From Tubiluchus corallicola (lineage: Eukaryota > Animalia > Priapulida): 64,000 nt of DNA. Positions 29,976 to 40,760 of this stretch are shown one piece after another (the first letter of the stretch is position 1; each line of letters begins with the position of its first letter). A model generated the notes under the pieces. It did no database searches. It was given only the letters and a program-made list of their open reading frames with translations, and was not told where the DNA came from. The position numbers and the translations under genes are program-made. Location: positions 248,001-312,000 of the forward strand of contig JAQGDQ010000265.1 in assembly GCA_030141605.1 (NCBI GenBank). Direction: 5' to 3'.

Positions 29976-31343
29976 CTATATTTGAATGTGAAGCCAGTTG
30001 CTGTTTTTACCTGTATAACTGAAGTTTACATGTACTACCATCCAAGGGACTGTAGGAATCATAAGTTGTAGCCCGGTGCCAACACCAACGATTGGTTTTG
30101 TTGTATAAATGCTGAGGTAGTTGTCGTTTCCATTACCCCAGTTTACATATACGGAATGTTCTATTGCGCCCCAGTTTTTATTGAGATAGGTGAAGTGCCC
30201 TCCTATATATGCTGAGTAAAAAGCCTTTCCCGAAATTTCCCCAGTCCTTATACCAAGGACATCGGATGCACCCCTGTAGTAGATTAGTGAAGGAAGATTG
30301 CTGGTTGTATAGGAGCTATTGAAAGATGAGCTAAATTGTACTACTTTATTGAAAAGTTTATGATACTGCGCTTCAAAGTCCAGCGAGTAGTAGAAAAGGC
30401 TCTCGTTATTTAACCCTATTCCAAAGGTGTGGCTCATACTCGCCAAAGCTCCGTATTGTTGGTGGCGCATCTTATTTACTATGCCAATAGATTCACTAAC
30501 AGAGATGCTCAGGTAGCTCACATTATAATCATCACATGTTGCAACTCCTTCAGTTATTAGGGAGCTGTTCGTTTTATGCTGAAATAGTGATAATCCAATG
30601 TCAGGGGAAAATGTATAGTAAAAGTCCTCATGGTAAGGGTTCCCAATATCCAAAGAAAGCAGGTCTGCAGAGTATCCAACTCCTGATATTTTTTCACCTT
30701 CTGAATAGCGATAGTTTTGAAACTTTCCTACAGATGCTGTGAATGATAAGGTCATATTACCATACAGCATTTGCCTGGGTAAAGCGAAATTTAAATCATA
30801 ATTATTTCTAAGTGTTCCAAACTTACTTTCAATTCTGAAGTTAATATTTCTCCCAAGAAAATTACTATCATAAATTCCCAATTCTTTAACGTTATCTTCA
30901 TTGCTGCCGCTAAAACCTACAATAGGCATGATGGTAAAGGCATCCCTTGCTAATATTCTCATTACAACTGATTTGTCTTCGAGAGTGTCAATGTTATATC
31001 CGACATCAACAAAGTTGCCGATATTCCAGATTCTTACGACAGCAGTCTCCATCTGTTGTTTTGAAACAGTTTCTTTTGCTGTAAAATCCAGTTCTCTGAG
31101 TATAATTTTATCTCGAGTGTACCAGTTTTTTTCAATTGCGATAGAATCAATATAAATATTATCAGAACTTTCGTGCTGAGAGAGAGCAACCTGCATACTA
31201 ATGAGAAAAATACTTACTCCGGCAAGAAGACGCCTAAGATAGAGCTTGCTTAACGGGTATTTATCAAAGTTGCAGGTTGTATGAGCTTTTTTACTTCTGC
31301 AAGCAGCAAGCATAAAATACATTAAAAATAGTTCTCTGGCCAT
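29976..31343 (-). CDS. POTRA-domain outer-membrane protein (Omp85-like)
   Basis: IDSIAIEKNWYTRDKIILRELDF...RIWNIGNF POTRA, YDSNFLGRN, beta-strand-rich C-terminus; start uncertain. Confidence 0.7.
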   Translation of the reverse strand: MARELFLMYFMLAACRSKKAHTTCNFDKYPLSKLYLRRLLAGVSIFLISMQVALSQHESSDNIYIDSIAIEKNWYTRDKIILRELDFTAKETVSKQQMETAVVRIWNIGNFVDVGYNIDTLEDKSVVMRILARDAFTIMPIVGFSGSNEDNVKELGIYDSNFLGRNINFRIESKFGTLRNNYDLNFALPRQMLYGNMTLSFTASVGKFQNYRYSEGEKISGVGYSADLLSLDIGNPYHEDFYYTFSPDIGLSLFQHKTNSSLITEGVATCDDYNVSYLSISVSESIGIVNKMRHQQYGALASMSHTFGIGLNNESLFYYSLDFEAQYHKLFNKVVQFSSSFNSSYTTSNLPSLIYYRGASDVLGIRTGEISGKAFYSAYIGGHFTYLNKNWGAIEHSVYVNWGNGNDNYLSIYTTKPIVGVGTGLQLMIPTVPWMVVHVNFSYTGKNSNWLHIQI

Positions 31344-31512
31344 TGATTATTTTCAAATGGGAATTTTTGTGTAAAATTAGCAGACTTTCTTGGGTAATCA
31401 AATCAAAAGATTTTAAACAGCAAAGTATAACTGTTGCAATCTCAAATATAAAATTGTGGAATATCATTCAAAGTTTTACTTTTGTAGAAGTATTTTAATG
31501 TGATCATATTTT

Positions 31513-33336
31513 ATGTCAAAAAGTATTTCAAGCATATTACTGGGGTGTGGATTACTACTTTTTTCCCTAAGTATTTCTCAAGTAGGATATTCTCAAAGTA
31601 GAGTTGAGAAGAAAGACTATAAGGAGACCTTTGATACTTTGAGGTGGAGTATGGGAGTAGTGGGAAGGCTCCTGTATTCAGGTGGTGAGTGGTATGTTAC
31701 TGACAGTGCCTACCAAAAACCAATAAAAGGTATACTGGATCATGCAGAGAATGCACCCATTGATACTATTGCTATAGATATGAACAGGTTATTGGATGAC
31801 AATAGCGTAGTGTTTATTTTTGATCGTAACCCACAGGATATAAAAGACTTTGAGCCTGTTTCGGGTTACATTATGCCTGACGAGCTAGATAAAATGGTTA
31901 AGGAGAGAGCTTCTGTTGTTACTGACAGTCTCCAAAAGATACATATCCCTGTTCCCGATGAACTATTTGACGATATTGAGTTGAAAGCGGGTCTAATGCC
32001 TGTGTTTGATTTTTATCCACACTTAAAAATGTATAATGATTCACTAGAGGCAGTTTTTCGGGATTCTGTATCACAGAAATTTCGTGAAAGCTATATAGAC
32101 TCTATTGTGGGTGTTGATGCAAAGCGATATGAAGCAGCTGTTGAGTGGCAAAATTTTGAACTGCTTTGTAGTTATAACGATCAGGCTGTAGAGAATATTA
32201 ATGATTCTGTGCGGTTTGCACTGGATTATCTTACTCGCTATGCTGAAGCTGATTCGGTACTTTTAAGAGTCAGTAATATTTCTGGAGATACTTCTGAGGT
32301 ATGGACGGCCAACATGGATAAAAAACCAGTCCGTTTTTATTTGAAGAATGAGCAGAATGATTCTTTGGGCGTTGTTTTAAGGAATACAGGAAAAGGAGAT
32401 GTTCAAATAATAATTGACGATGGAGTGCGACTTGCGCGTTTTTCAAAAACTCAATTCAAAGGAGCACGGCTTAAGGAGAGGACGGTTGACAGGTCTTTAA
32501 AGGAGATAAAGCTTGAGACACCGAAAGCTTATCCGTGGGATATGGGAGGGGAGGTCTCTGTCGGGATTAGCCAGGTGGCGATGGCCAATTGGGCACGAGG
32601 GGGTGAGCCATCAGGCTCTTGCTTGCTGGTAGGTAAGTATAAGGTTTATCATTTGAGTGATAATGTAAAGTGGGAGAATGATTTTGAGGTTCGCTATGGA
32701 GGCTATCTTTCCGGAGGTTTCTTCAATAAAAGCGATGATAAAATGGAGGTGCAGTCAAGGTTTGGTTATTCTGCATTTAAAAAGTGGTATTATTCGGCGG
32801 AGAGTAATTTTCGCACTCAGTGGGGGCTTGGTTACAAAAATGTTGAGGATGAAGTACCAATATCTGCATTTATGTCTCCCGGCTATTTGACATTTTCTAT
32901 TGGGCTGGATTATAATCCGAACAAGGATTTTTCTCTGTTTATATCTCCTATTACTACAAAAGTAACATATGTAAGCAATAGCAATATTGATCCTACTAGG
33001 TATGGCTTGGAGCCCGGAACAACACTACTGCGGCAGCCGGGTATGATTATGAAGTGTAATTATAAGAGGCAGTTTCGTGAAAATATAAGGTATGAGACGA
33101 AAGCCGAAATATTTAGAGGCTACGTGAAGTCAGATAAAAACTTAAATGTAATATGGGATCAGCTATTGGTTATACAGGCTACCCAATATATTGATGTCAG
33201 GCTTGCAGTCAATATCATTTTTGATGAGAATGTTAAGTTTCCCATACTTGATAGTGAAGGGAACGAGACGGGAGATACAACAACAAAGTGGCAGCTTATG
33301 GAGGTGATGAATATAGGGTTTAATTATAAGTTTTGA
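31513..33336 (+). CDS. DUF3078 domain outer-membrane protein with long N-terminal extension
   Basis: SQVAMANWARGG, KSDD, NFRTQW..GY, SAFMSPGYL, FISPIT, G.NYKF C-terminus. Confidence 0.8.
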   Translation: MSKSISSILLGCGLLLFSLSISQVGYSQSRVEKKDYKETFDTLRWSMGVVGRLLYSGGEWYVTDSAYQKPIKGILDHAENAPIDTIAIDMNRLLDDNSVVFIFDRNPQDIKDFEPVSGYIMPDELDKMVKERASVVTDSLQKIHIPVPDELFDDIELKAGLMPVFDFYPHLKMYNDSLEAVFRDSVSQKFRESYIDSIVGVDAKRYEAAVEWQNFELLCSYNDQAVENINDSVRFALDYLTRYAEADSVLLRVSNISGDTSEVWTANMDKKPVRFYLKNEQNDSLGVVLRNTGKGDVQIIIDDGVRLARFSKTQFKGARLKERTVDRSLKEIKLETPKAYPWDMGGEVSVGISQVAMANWARGGEPSGSCLLVGKYKVYHLSDNVKWENDFEVRYGGYLSGGFFNKSDDKMEVQSRFGYSAFKKWYYSAESNFRTQWGLGYKNVEDEVPISAFMSPGYLTFSIGLDYNPNKDFSLFISPITTKVTYVSNSNIDPTRYGLEPGTTLLRQPGMIMKCNYKRQFRENIRYETKAEIFRGYVKSDKNLNVIWDQLLVIQATQYIDVRLAVNIIFDENVKFPILDSEGNETGDTTTKWQLMEVMNIGFNYKF

Positions 33337-33348
33337 TAAGCGTAGCCG

Positions 33349-34215
33349 CTATTTTATATATAGCGAGGCAATAACAAAGGCAGCAAATAAAGAACCTGCA
33401 GTGCCGTTAATTATTCCAAAGGTTTGTCCTACACTGTTTAAGCTCTGTTTTTTTATGGTGCTGTGCTGGTAATAAAGCAGCACAGCAAATAGCAGTGCTC
33501 CAATCCAGTATAGTGCTCCAGATGCAACAATAAATCCGGCGATTAGAGTAAAAATAATAGTTAATGAGTGCATTAGGGCAGACAGGGAGAGTGATTTGCT
33601 TACGCCAATAAGGGTGGGAACACTTTTTAACCCGTTCTGTTTGTCGAAGCTTATATCCATGCATGAGTAAATAATATCAAAGCCACTTACCCAGAAAAGC
33701 ACGATGAGTGAAAAAAGTAAAGGTAGAGTGTTAAATTCTCCTGTGACAGCGAGGTATGCGCCAACCGGAGCGAGTGCCAGCCCTGCACTAAGGACAAAAT
33801 GGCATAAAGGCGTAAATCTTTTCGTGTAGCTGTATCCAAGAATCACAATAAGAGCTACGGGAGAAAGCATGAAGCATAGAAGATTAATATACCACGTTAC
33901 AAAGATGAATAGTGCTAGGTTTATAAGAACAAAATATAGTGCGCTTCTTGGCGCTATTCGCCCGGCAGGGATTTCGCGTCCTGAGGTTCGTGGGTTAGCT
34001 GCATCAATTTTCCGATCCAGATAACGGTTGAATCCCATTGCTGAGTTGCGTGCAAAAAACATACATAAAAGGACCTTTAACAGTGTGTCCCATGTAAATA
34101 CACTATCTGTTCTGGTGATAGCCAGGAAAAAACCTATTAATGCGAAAGGTAGTGCAAATACAGTATGTCCAAGCTTAACCAGGTTGGCATAGTTAACAAT
34201 AAATTGTTTCATCAT
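33349..34215 (-). CDS. UbiA-family prenyltransferase (MqnP-like)
   Basis: HTVFALPFA, ARNSAMGFNRYLDRKID..NPRT..REIP.G, YSYTKRFT, WVSGFDIIY. Confidence 0.88.
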   Translation of the reverse strand: MMKQFIVNYANLVKLGHTVFALPFALIGFFLAITRTDSVFTWDTLLKVLLCMFFARNSAMGFNRYLDRKIDAANPRTSGREIPAGRIAPRSALYFVLINLALFIFVTWYINLLCFMLSPVALIVILGYSYTKRFTPLCHFVLSAGLALAPVGAYLAVTGEFNTLPLLFSLIVLFWVSGFDIIYSCMDISFDKQNGLKSVPTLIGVSKSLSLSALMHSLTIIFTLIAGFIVASGALYWIGALLFAVLLYYQHSTIKKQSLNSVGQTFGIINGTAGSLFAAFVIASLYIK

Positions 34216-34307
34216 GTTTTTTCTTACCTGGCAAAAGTAGGAAAGTTTTAGGGTTAAATAATTTTATTAGTTTATATTTTCCCTCCTGTTTATTTAGCTT
34301 GAAATAT

Positions 34308-35357
34308 TTATTTTAATTCTACAGTTCGCCCCTCTTCATTGCTTTGCAGACAAGCTTCAAGTAAAGATATTACATCTCTTGCCTCCTCGGGTTTTACCAT
34401 TAGCTCTTTTTTACTTCTAATTGCATCGTAAAGGTTATCGTAAAATGCAGAATAGTTGCCTGGCACTGTCTCTATCACTCCTTCTATGTGCAGGTCGTCA
34501 GTTGTGGTGTTTATGATACCCCACTTATCTTTAGTTTCCTTTCCCCAGCCTTCTTCGTTAGGTAGGCGACCGATCTTTAGCATCTCTTCCTGAGGGTCAA
34601 TACCCCACTTTATGAATGAGCCATTTGTACCATGCAAAGCGTATCTAGGTCCAGCCTCTCTTACAAGGTATGAGCATTTTATAAGTGCGTTAAAATCACC
34701 ATAGTGGAGGCGTATGTCATAATAATCCGTTATGGTGCTACCGGGGCGGTTGACCTGAAGGTGTGAGGTTACCGCTGAGGGCTTCCCAAATAGCACCAAC
34801 GCCTGATCAACCATATGTGAGCCAAGGTTAAAGAGAACACCCGCATATTTATTGCCTTTCTCTTTCCATGTGTTGGCCTGTATAAAGTTGCGGTAACGGT
34901 CATAGTGTGATTCGAATTCAACCAGTTGTCCAAGTTTTCCTGATTCAATAATTTTCTTCACAGTCATAAAATCGCCATCAAGTCTTCTGTTTTGATAAAC
35001 GGTAAGCAGTACTCTTCTGGATTCTGCTAAGTTTATCAATTCTGTAGCTTCCTTTGTTGTGTGGGTAAAAGGCTTTTCTATTACTACGTGCTTTCCGGCA
35101 TCAAGAGCCTGTTTTGCCATTTCAAAGTGCAGGTGGTCCGGTGTGTTTACTATTACCAGCTCAACATTTTTATCATTTAATATGTCATTATATGACCTGA
35201 CTATTTTAGAGTCCGGATACCTCTCCTTTGATAGGTTTTTTGTTCTCTCAAGTATTTTGTCGATTTTGAATTTGTTGTCTACAGCCAGAAAAGGGGCGTG
35301 AAATACCTGGCCGGACATTCCATATGATGCAAGTGCTGTTATTATAGGTTTTTTCAT
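34308..35357 (-). CDS. Gfo/Idh/MocA oxidoreductase (YdgJ/IolW-like)
   Basis: YGMSGQVFHAP, GKHVVIEKPF, VYQNRRLDGDF, LGSHMVDQ. Confidence 0.9.
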   Translation of the reverse strand: MKKPIITALASYGMSGQVFHAPFLAVDNKFKIDKILERTKNLSKERYPDSKIVRSYNDILNDKNVELVIVNTPDHLHFEMAKQALDAGKHVVIEKPFTHTTKEATELINLAESRRVLLTVYQNRRLDGDFMTVKKIIESGKLGQLVEFESHYDRYRNFIQANTWKEKGNKYAGVLFNLGSHMVDQALVLFGKPSAVTSHLQVNRPGSTITDYYDIRLHYGDFNALIKCSYLVREAGPRYALHGTNGSFIKWGIDPQEEMLKIGRLPNEEGWGKETKDKWGIINTTTDDLHIEGVIETVPGNYSAFYDNLYDAIRSKKELMVKPEEARDVISLLEACLQSNEEGRTVELK

Positions 35358-35876
35358 TTAAAGTATATTTTGGTGTTGGAAGTATAATGAGCAGGTATGT
35401 CCTGAGCTCTTTATAAGACTTATATTTTATTGATTATTTTTTTCAAAACTCTTATTTATACCAGCAAATTTAAATCTTATCTCCATCCGAGTCAAAGGTT
35501 TTTTGCTTTGCAGAGGTGCCTCGTTTTACATATTTATGTGCAAAGTGTGCAAATGAAGGGCGACTCTTTTTACAAATTTATTGAAAATATAGTGAGACTT
35601 ATGCAAAACTTATCTTTTTATTGATGTTTTATTGGTTGTCCTCTTCAAGCCCCTTATTTGTAATCAGTAAATTGCTATTTCTTATCAAGTTTTATCTTAT
35701 TCTGCCTCAAAGATTTTTCGCTTTGCATAGGTCCCAGAGGAGTATTATTGAGTAATTTCTTGTAAATTGTCATCTTAATTTATTCGGGGCCTAATGTAGA
35801 AATGTACTGCTGTCTGGCAATAGACAGGCAGAGAGTACCTCTTTAAGCCTGATTTAGGAACTAAACTTACATTCGA

Positions 35877-37334
35877 ATGATAAAAAGATTATACCTGCAA
35901 TCTGTTTCAGCATGTTTATTTGCATTGTTTTTTACTAGTTGTTTTTCGTGTCCCGAGACAGGGAAGTCCACATCTGTTGGAGGGAGTGATGCCCGCAAGT
36001 ACTGGAAGTTGTCAGAGGTGCAGTCCGGAGACGAAGGTCTTTTGTTTGGAGATAAAGCATCTAAAATAGTATCCAGGTTTACGTTGAAAAATTTTGAAGT
36101 TTCAGCGAAGATTAAGTCTTCTGGAGGGGCATCAGGTGTTATAGGGTTTCACTATAAAGGTGGTGTTTCACCAAGTGGGTATAGAGTGTATATAAATAAC
36201 AGTGATTATGGTACAGGGTGCAGGCAGAAGACCGGCAGCCTCTGTAATATAAGGAATAATTATGTAAGTACAGCTTTTGAAGATGAGTGGTTTAAGCTGA
36301 ATATATCCGTTCGTGGAAATCATATAAAGGCGTCTGTTAATGATAAAGTTATAAGCGAGTATTTTGAGCCTAAGACACCTGTAAGGCGGAGTAAGTTTGC
36401 GAAGATGCTGCTTTCACAAGGGAAGTTGTTTGTTGAAAAAGTAACAGGAGAGGGGGAGATAGTTGTGGGGGAGTTACTTGTTTATCCGCTGGAAGATGAT
36501 GTTGTGGCTTGTGGTGCTCTTGATGCAAAGGAGGATGAGGTGCAACAGGTGTTGACACTTCTCAACCAGGATGGGTTTCCTTTAATTGATTATCACGGGC
36601 ACCTGAAAGGAGGTCTTACTGCGGAGCAGGCCCGGCGGCATGGTAGGAGTCATGGGTTTAATTATGGAATAGCTGTTAACTGCGGGTTGAAGTTTCCTGT
36701 AACCAGAGATGAGTCGCTTAATAAGTATATAGATAGTATTCGAGATGAGCCTGTCTTCAAAGCTATGCAGTGTGAGGGGCGTGAGTGGGTTACACTTTTC
36801 TCTCCTGAAGCGGTAGCAAAGTTCGACTATATTTTTACAGATGCTATGACATGGACAGATCATAAGGGAAGGCGGATGCGCCTTTGGCTACCGGATGAGG
36901 TTGTTGTGGAAGATGAGCAGCAGTTTATGGATATGCTTGTTGAGAAGATTGAGTCTATACTAAAGTATGAGCCGATTGATATTTATGTAAATCCCACATA
37001 TCTGCCGGAAGTGATAGATAAAGATTATGACAGGTTATGGACGCCTGAAAGGATAGATCGTGTTGTAAAGGCATTGAAAAGCAATGATGTAGCGTTGGAG
37101 ATCAATGCGCGCTTCAGGTTGCCAGGTATAGCTCTTGCCAAAAAAGCAAAAGAGGCGGGTGTTAAGTTTTCATTTGGCACTAACAACGGAAGTAATGATG
37201 ATCTGGGAAGGCTTGAGTATTGCTTAGAAGTAATAAAAGAGGTAGGGATAGAGCCGGATGATATTTTTACGCCTCGTCCCAAAAATGATAAAAAAGTCAT
37301 GGTGATGGGAATACCTTCAGAAGTAACCGGATAG
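35877..37334 (+). CDS. Lipoprotein with N-terminal DUF1080-like (3-keto-disaccharide hydrolase) domain and C-terminal PHP-like domain
   Basis: Lipobox FFTSC; GY.V.INN...KTGSL, EWF.L.I.VRGN.I..SVN; DYHGHLKGG, DYIFTDAMT, ALEINAR, FSFGTNN. Confidence 0.75.
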   Translation: MIKRLYLQSVSACLFALFFTSCFSCPETGKSTSVGGSDARKYWKLSEVQSGDEGLLFGDKASKIVSRFTLKNFEVSAKIKSSGGASGVIGFHYKGGVSPSGYRVYINNSDYGTGCRQKTGSLCNIRNNYVSTAFEDEWFKLNISVRGNHIKASVNDKVISEYFEPKTPVRRSKFAKMLLSQGKLFVEKVTGEGEIVVGELLVYPLEDDVVACGALDAKEDEVQQVLTLLNQDGFPLIDYHGHLKGGLTAEQARRHGRSHGFNYGIAVNCGLKFPVTRDESLNKYIDSIRDEPVFKAMQCEGREWVTLFSPEAVAKFDYIFTDAMTWTDHKGRRMRLWLPDEVVVEDEQQFMDMLVEKIESILKYEPIDIYVNPTYLPEVIDKDYDRLWTPERIDRVVKALKSNDVALEINARFRLPGIALAKKAKEAGVKFSFGTNNGSNDDLGRLEYCLEVIKEVGIEPDDIFTPRPKNDKKVMVMGIPSEVTG

Positions 37335-37556
37335 ATACAGTAGATGAAAAAGGGGGATCTTCTTTGTAAGCAGGCCTGGAGGGCTAGAGAGCCCGTTTTG
37401 ATAAAGGTGTCAGCTAAAAAGATGAGCTTTATAGAAGGCTTAGCTTTTTTTATTACTTTTGTTGGTAAGGTTGTGAGGTGAAAGAGTCAATATAATTTCG
37501 GTTACAGCTTTTAGAGTGTAGTAGATTCCAGTATTACAATTTAAAATATTAAAAGC

Positions 37557-38231
37557 ATGAAAAAATTTGTTCTCTGTTTTGTAGTTTCTGTATTTATTGC
37601 TTGTAGCAGCTTCGCTCAGACAATTGACCTTGGAGTAAAAGCGGGACTGAACACTTCGTGGTTTTCAACTGCTGCAACTGGGCTGGATTTAAGTGAGCTT
37701 TCTTTTTCCGATTTTAGTACTGATAAGACCAAGTCTGGCTATAGTTTTGGTCTCTTTGCTCGTGTTGGTAAGAAGCTTTATCTTCAACCCGAGCTTTTGT
37801 ATTCTAAAAAAAGCGGGATTACAAATTTTCAAAGTGGTGAGGTGTCTGCCGAGCAAATCCAGTATAATCAGGATATCTCCGTTACTTCTTTGGATATTCC
37901 CCTGTTGCTTGGGTACAAAGTTTTAGACCTCAAACTTCTTTCTGTACATGCCTTTGCCGGTCCTGCTGCTTCTATTGTTCTTGATAAAGAGTCCAGCCTT
38001 TTGGATATTGACAGTAACACAATAGTTGATGCGGGAAACAACTATAATTCCCTCATATGGGATCTCCAGTTCGGAGCGGGTATTGATATAGCTAAATTTA
38101 CTTTTGATGTAAGGTATTCAATGGGGATAACAAATATCAGTGACGCTAGTTACGACAGTATCATAGATGAATTTAATTTTGAAAATAAAGCGAACTACCT
38201 CACATTCTCTTTAGGGTTTAAGCTATTCTAG
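37557..38231 (+). CDS. Outer-membrane beta-barrel (porin family, OMP_b-brl_2-like) protein, copy 1
   Basis: Signal peptide, GVKAGLN.S, YLQPELLYS, LDIPLLLGY, FDVRY, terminal F. Confidence 0.88.
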   Translation: MKKFVLCFVVSVFIACSSFAQTIDLGVKAGLNTSWFSTAATGLDLSELSFSDFSTDKTKSGYSFGLFARVGKKLYLQPELLYSKKSGITNFQSGEVSAEQIQYNQDISVTSLDIPLLLGYKVLDLKLLSVHAFAGPAASIVLDKESSLLDIDSNTIVDAGNNYNSLIWDLQFGAGIDIAKFTFDVRYSMGITNISDASYDSIIDEFNFENKANYLTFSLGFKLF

Positions 38232-38294
38232 TGAGTTTTAATGTGAGGAGTTATATTCTACTATAACAGAAGGTTGTGGTGTAAAATATAGAGC

Positions 38295-38380
38295 CCTTGA
38301 AAGTCAGTTGGCTCTTGAGGTTTTTAAGTCTGTGTTTTTCATTTTTTCGATTTTCCTTGAAAGTCAGTTAGCTCTTGAGG
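38295..38380. repeat. Two 26-bp direct repeats, 60-bp period (also present in the duplicated copy near 41490-41575)
   Basis: CCTTGAAAGTCAGTT(G/A)GCTCTTGAGG at 38295 and 38355, enclosed by the inverted pair ATAGAGCCCT / AGGGCTTCTCTAT. Confidence 0.7.
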
Positions 38381-38578
38381 GCTTCTCTATTTTATAGATA
38401 TAGGCCATCACCTTTGGAGCCGTAAAGCTTTTATGAGATAGGCCTTTTGCCTGCTTTTTGCAAAGAATCTTTAAAATCCCTGCTTACTACTTCGGGTTCG
38501 TATCAAATTTTCTCTCGAGTTAAGTTTTAAATACTTCTCTTTAAAGGAACTTCATTGTTATTAAAAATATATTAACTT

Positions 38579-40224
38579 CCTGTTTTGTGCATTGCAGCAC
38601 CCAAGTTTATAATTTCATATTTAACAACTTTTTTTGCATTTCAGTTGGCTGTAATATTTTTGTTCTGACTTGTTTCGATTTGGGCAGAGTGTATTGCAGC
38701 TGCCTGATCTGCCGGATTTGTTCCAAGGCTTTTTCAGCAGAGATATCAATATTATTTGCCTTCAATAACCTTTCCAGCTCTTTGTAAATGGCATAGGCTG
38801 TGAAACAAATACAGATATGGGCTTCAATGCGTTCTTTTAAGCGGTGATAAACTGGCCGTATTCGTAAATCAGTTTTTGATATACGAAAAGCTTTTTCCAC
38901 TTGCCACAACTGACTATAATTCCCGATAACATCTTTTCTCGGTAAATGGGTATTGGTTACATAACCCTTCAACCCATCCCAAACTCTATCTGACTGGAAC
39001 TTATCGTAGTCGATTTTAACGGCAATCTCCCCCGACAGATTCAGATATTTATTATACCCGCGATTATTTATGTGATTCTTTGTTAGCTTGCCGGAAGCAA
39101 CACGTTTTTCAAGTCTTTTTAAGCCCTTCTCTCTGTTTTTTTATCGTTGAAGGCTCTTTTTTCTGAGAAGCTGATAATCAACCTTCCATTCTTGTTTTTC
39201 AACTCAACTGGCTTGTTTTCTTTAATATCAAGAGCTATAATTTTTTCTTTTATTTTTTGACTTTCATTCTTTATCCGTCCTCCAAGTATGTACTCGTATT
39301 TGTTTTCAATCAAGGCATTTATGTTCTTCTGCGAGAGTAAAGCTGCATCGGCAACTACAATAGGCCTTTCGATATTAAATTTATTTTGAAAGGCTTCCAG
39401 AACAGGGATTAGTGTTTTTGTTTCAGAGGTGTTTCCCTCGAATATTTGATAGCCAATCGGGTATCCATATTTACCCACCAGTAAACCTATCATTATTTGC
39501 GGTTGTTGAAGCTTGCCATCTTTGTTGAATCCGGGAATACGGTAGTCATCTTCTTCTGATGCCTCAAAATACAATGTGGTCATATCATAAAATGCGATAC
39601 TTATCTTTCCTTTTAGTAGCTTCCTGGTGTGCTTAAAGGTAAGTTGTTCAATTTGTGGCTTTAAACTTGTATTTAGCTCGTCAAGGAAACGATAAATAGT
39701 GTGTACGCTAACATCTGTATTCAGGTGCTGTCTAAAATAGTCAACGGTTTTTAATTTGCTTCCCGGGTACACTAACCGACATAATACCAGGTTGCGAAAA
39801 TAATTGCAGCACCCATCATCCGGAAAGTTAAAGACTTGATAAATTTTGCCTAAAATTAATTCACTTCCTACAACTTGTAAATGATTGTTTGCAATGCTGT
39901 CCACAAAGTTTTCAACCACCAAATCATCGTGTTCAACAAAAAGCGATTGCATGCCCCTAAGCCGCTCTATCTCTGTGTTGGTAAGCAATAAAAGCAATTC
40001 TTCTTCCCGCTTTGTTTTTGCGCAACCTACGGTTTTTACAACCTTATATTTACCATGATTTTTTGAGATTATCTGTACACTCACAGAACCACTCCGATTC
40101 TTATTTTTTCGGACAAACATGCATAAAATTAAGCATGCAGCACCCAAAATGCAAATTTGAAATTCCTATCTTGCTGATAATCAGTAGTGCATTCTTGGGG
40201 CGTCGTTGTGGTGCACAAAACAGG
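38579..40224 (-). mobile_element. IS1634-family insertion sequence, copy 2 (1646 bp), frameshifted
   Basis: Same TIRs as copy 1 in inverted orientation; A8->A7 change near 39136-39142 splits the transposase. Confidence 0.93.
38607..40120 (-). pseudogene. IS1634 transposase, 1-bp frameshift
   Basis: ORFs 39119-40147 and 38607-38972 match the N- and C-terminal parts of 22874-24388. Confidence 0.9.
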
Positions 40225-40538
40225 AAGATTATGACAGGTTATGGACGCCTGAAAGGACAGATCGTGTTGTAAAGGCATTGAAAAGCAATGATGTAGCGTT
40301 GGAGATCAATGCGCGCTTCAGGTTGCCAGGTATAGCTCTTGCCAAAAAAGCAAAAGAGGCAGGTGTTAAGTTTTCATTTGGCACTAACAACGGAAGTAAT
40401 GATGATCTGGGAAGGCTTGAGTATTGCTTAGAAGTAATAAAAGAGGTAGGGATAGAGCCGGATGATATTTTTACGCCTCGTCCCAAAAATGATAAAAAAG
40501 TCATGGTGATGGGAATACCTTCAGAAGTAACCGGATAG
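40225..40538 (+). pseudogene. Duplicated 3' fragment of the DUF1080/PHP gene
   Basis: DYDRLWTPER...GIPSEVTG* nearly identical to 37021-37334. Confidence 0.9.
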
Positions 40539-40760
40539 ATACAGTAGATGAAAAAGGGGGATCTTCTTTGTAAGCAGGCCTGGAGGGCTAGAGAGCCCGT
40601 TTTGATAAAGGTGTCAGCTAAAAAGATGAGCTTTATAGAAGGCTTAGCTTTTTTTATTACTTTTGTTGGTAAGGTTGTGAGGTGAAAGAGTCAATATAAT
40701 TTCGGTTACAGCTTTTAGAGTGCAGTAGATTCCAGTACTACAATTTAAAATATTAAAAGC

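Larger units (their letters stand above)
37021..38578. repeat. 1558-bp direct repeat (left copy) flanking IS1634 copy 2
   Basis: AAGATTATGACAGG...AATATATTAACTT, near-identical to 40225-41773. Confidence 0.95.

Noticed and set aside
38295-38380. Mini CRISPR array
   Set aside because: Only two repeats, a low-complexity T-rich spacer, and no cas genes or leader.
22770-40224. Composite transposon or inversion bounded by the two inverted IS1634 copies
   Set aside because: Each copy has its own direct repeat on both sides, so they are independent insertions with no net inversion between them.
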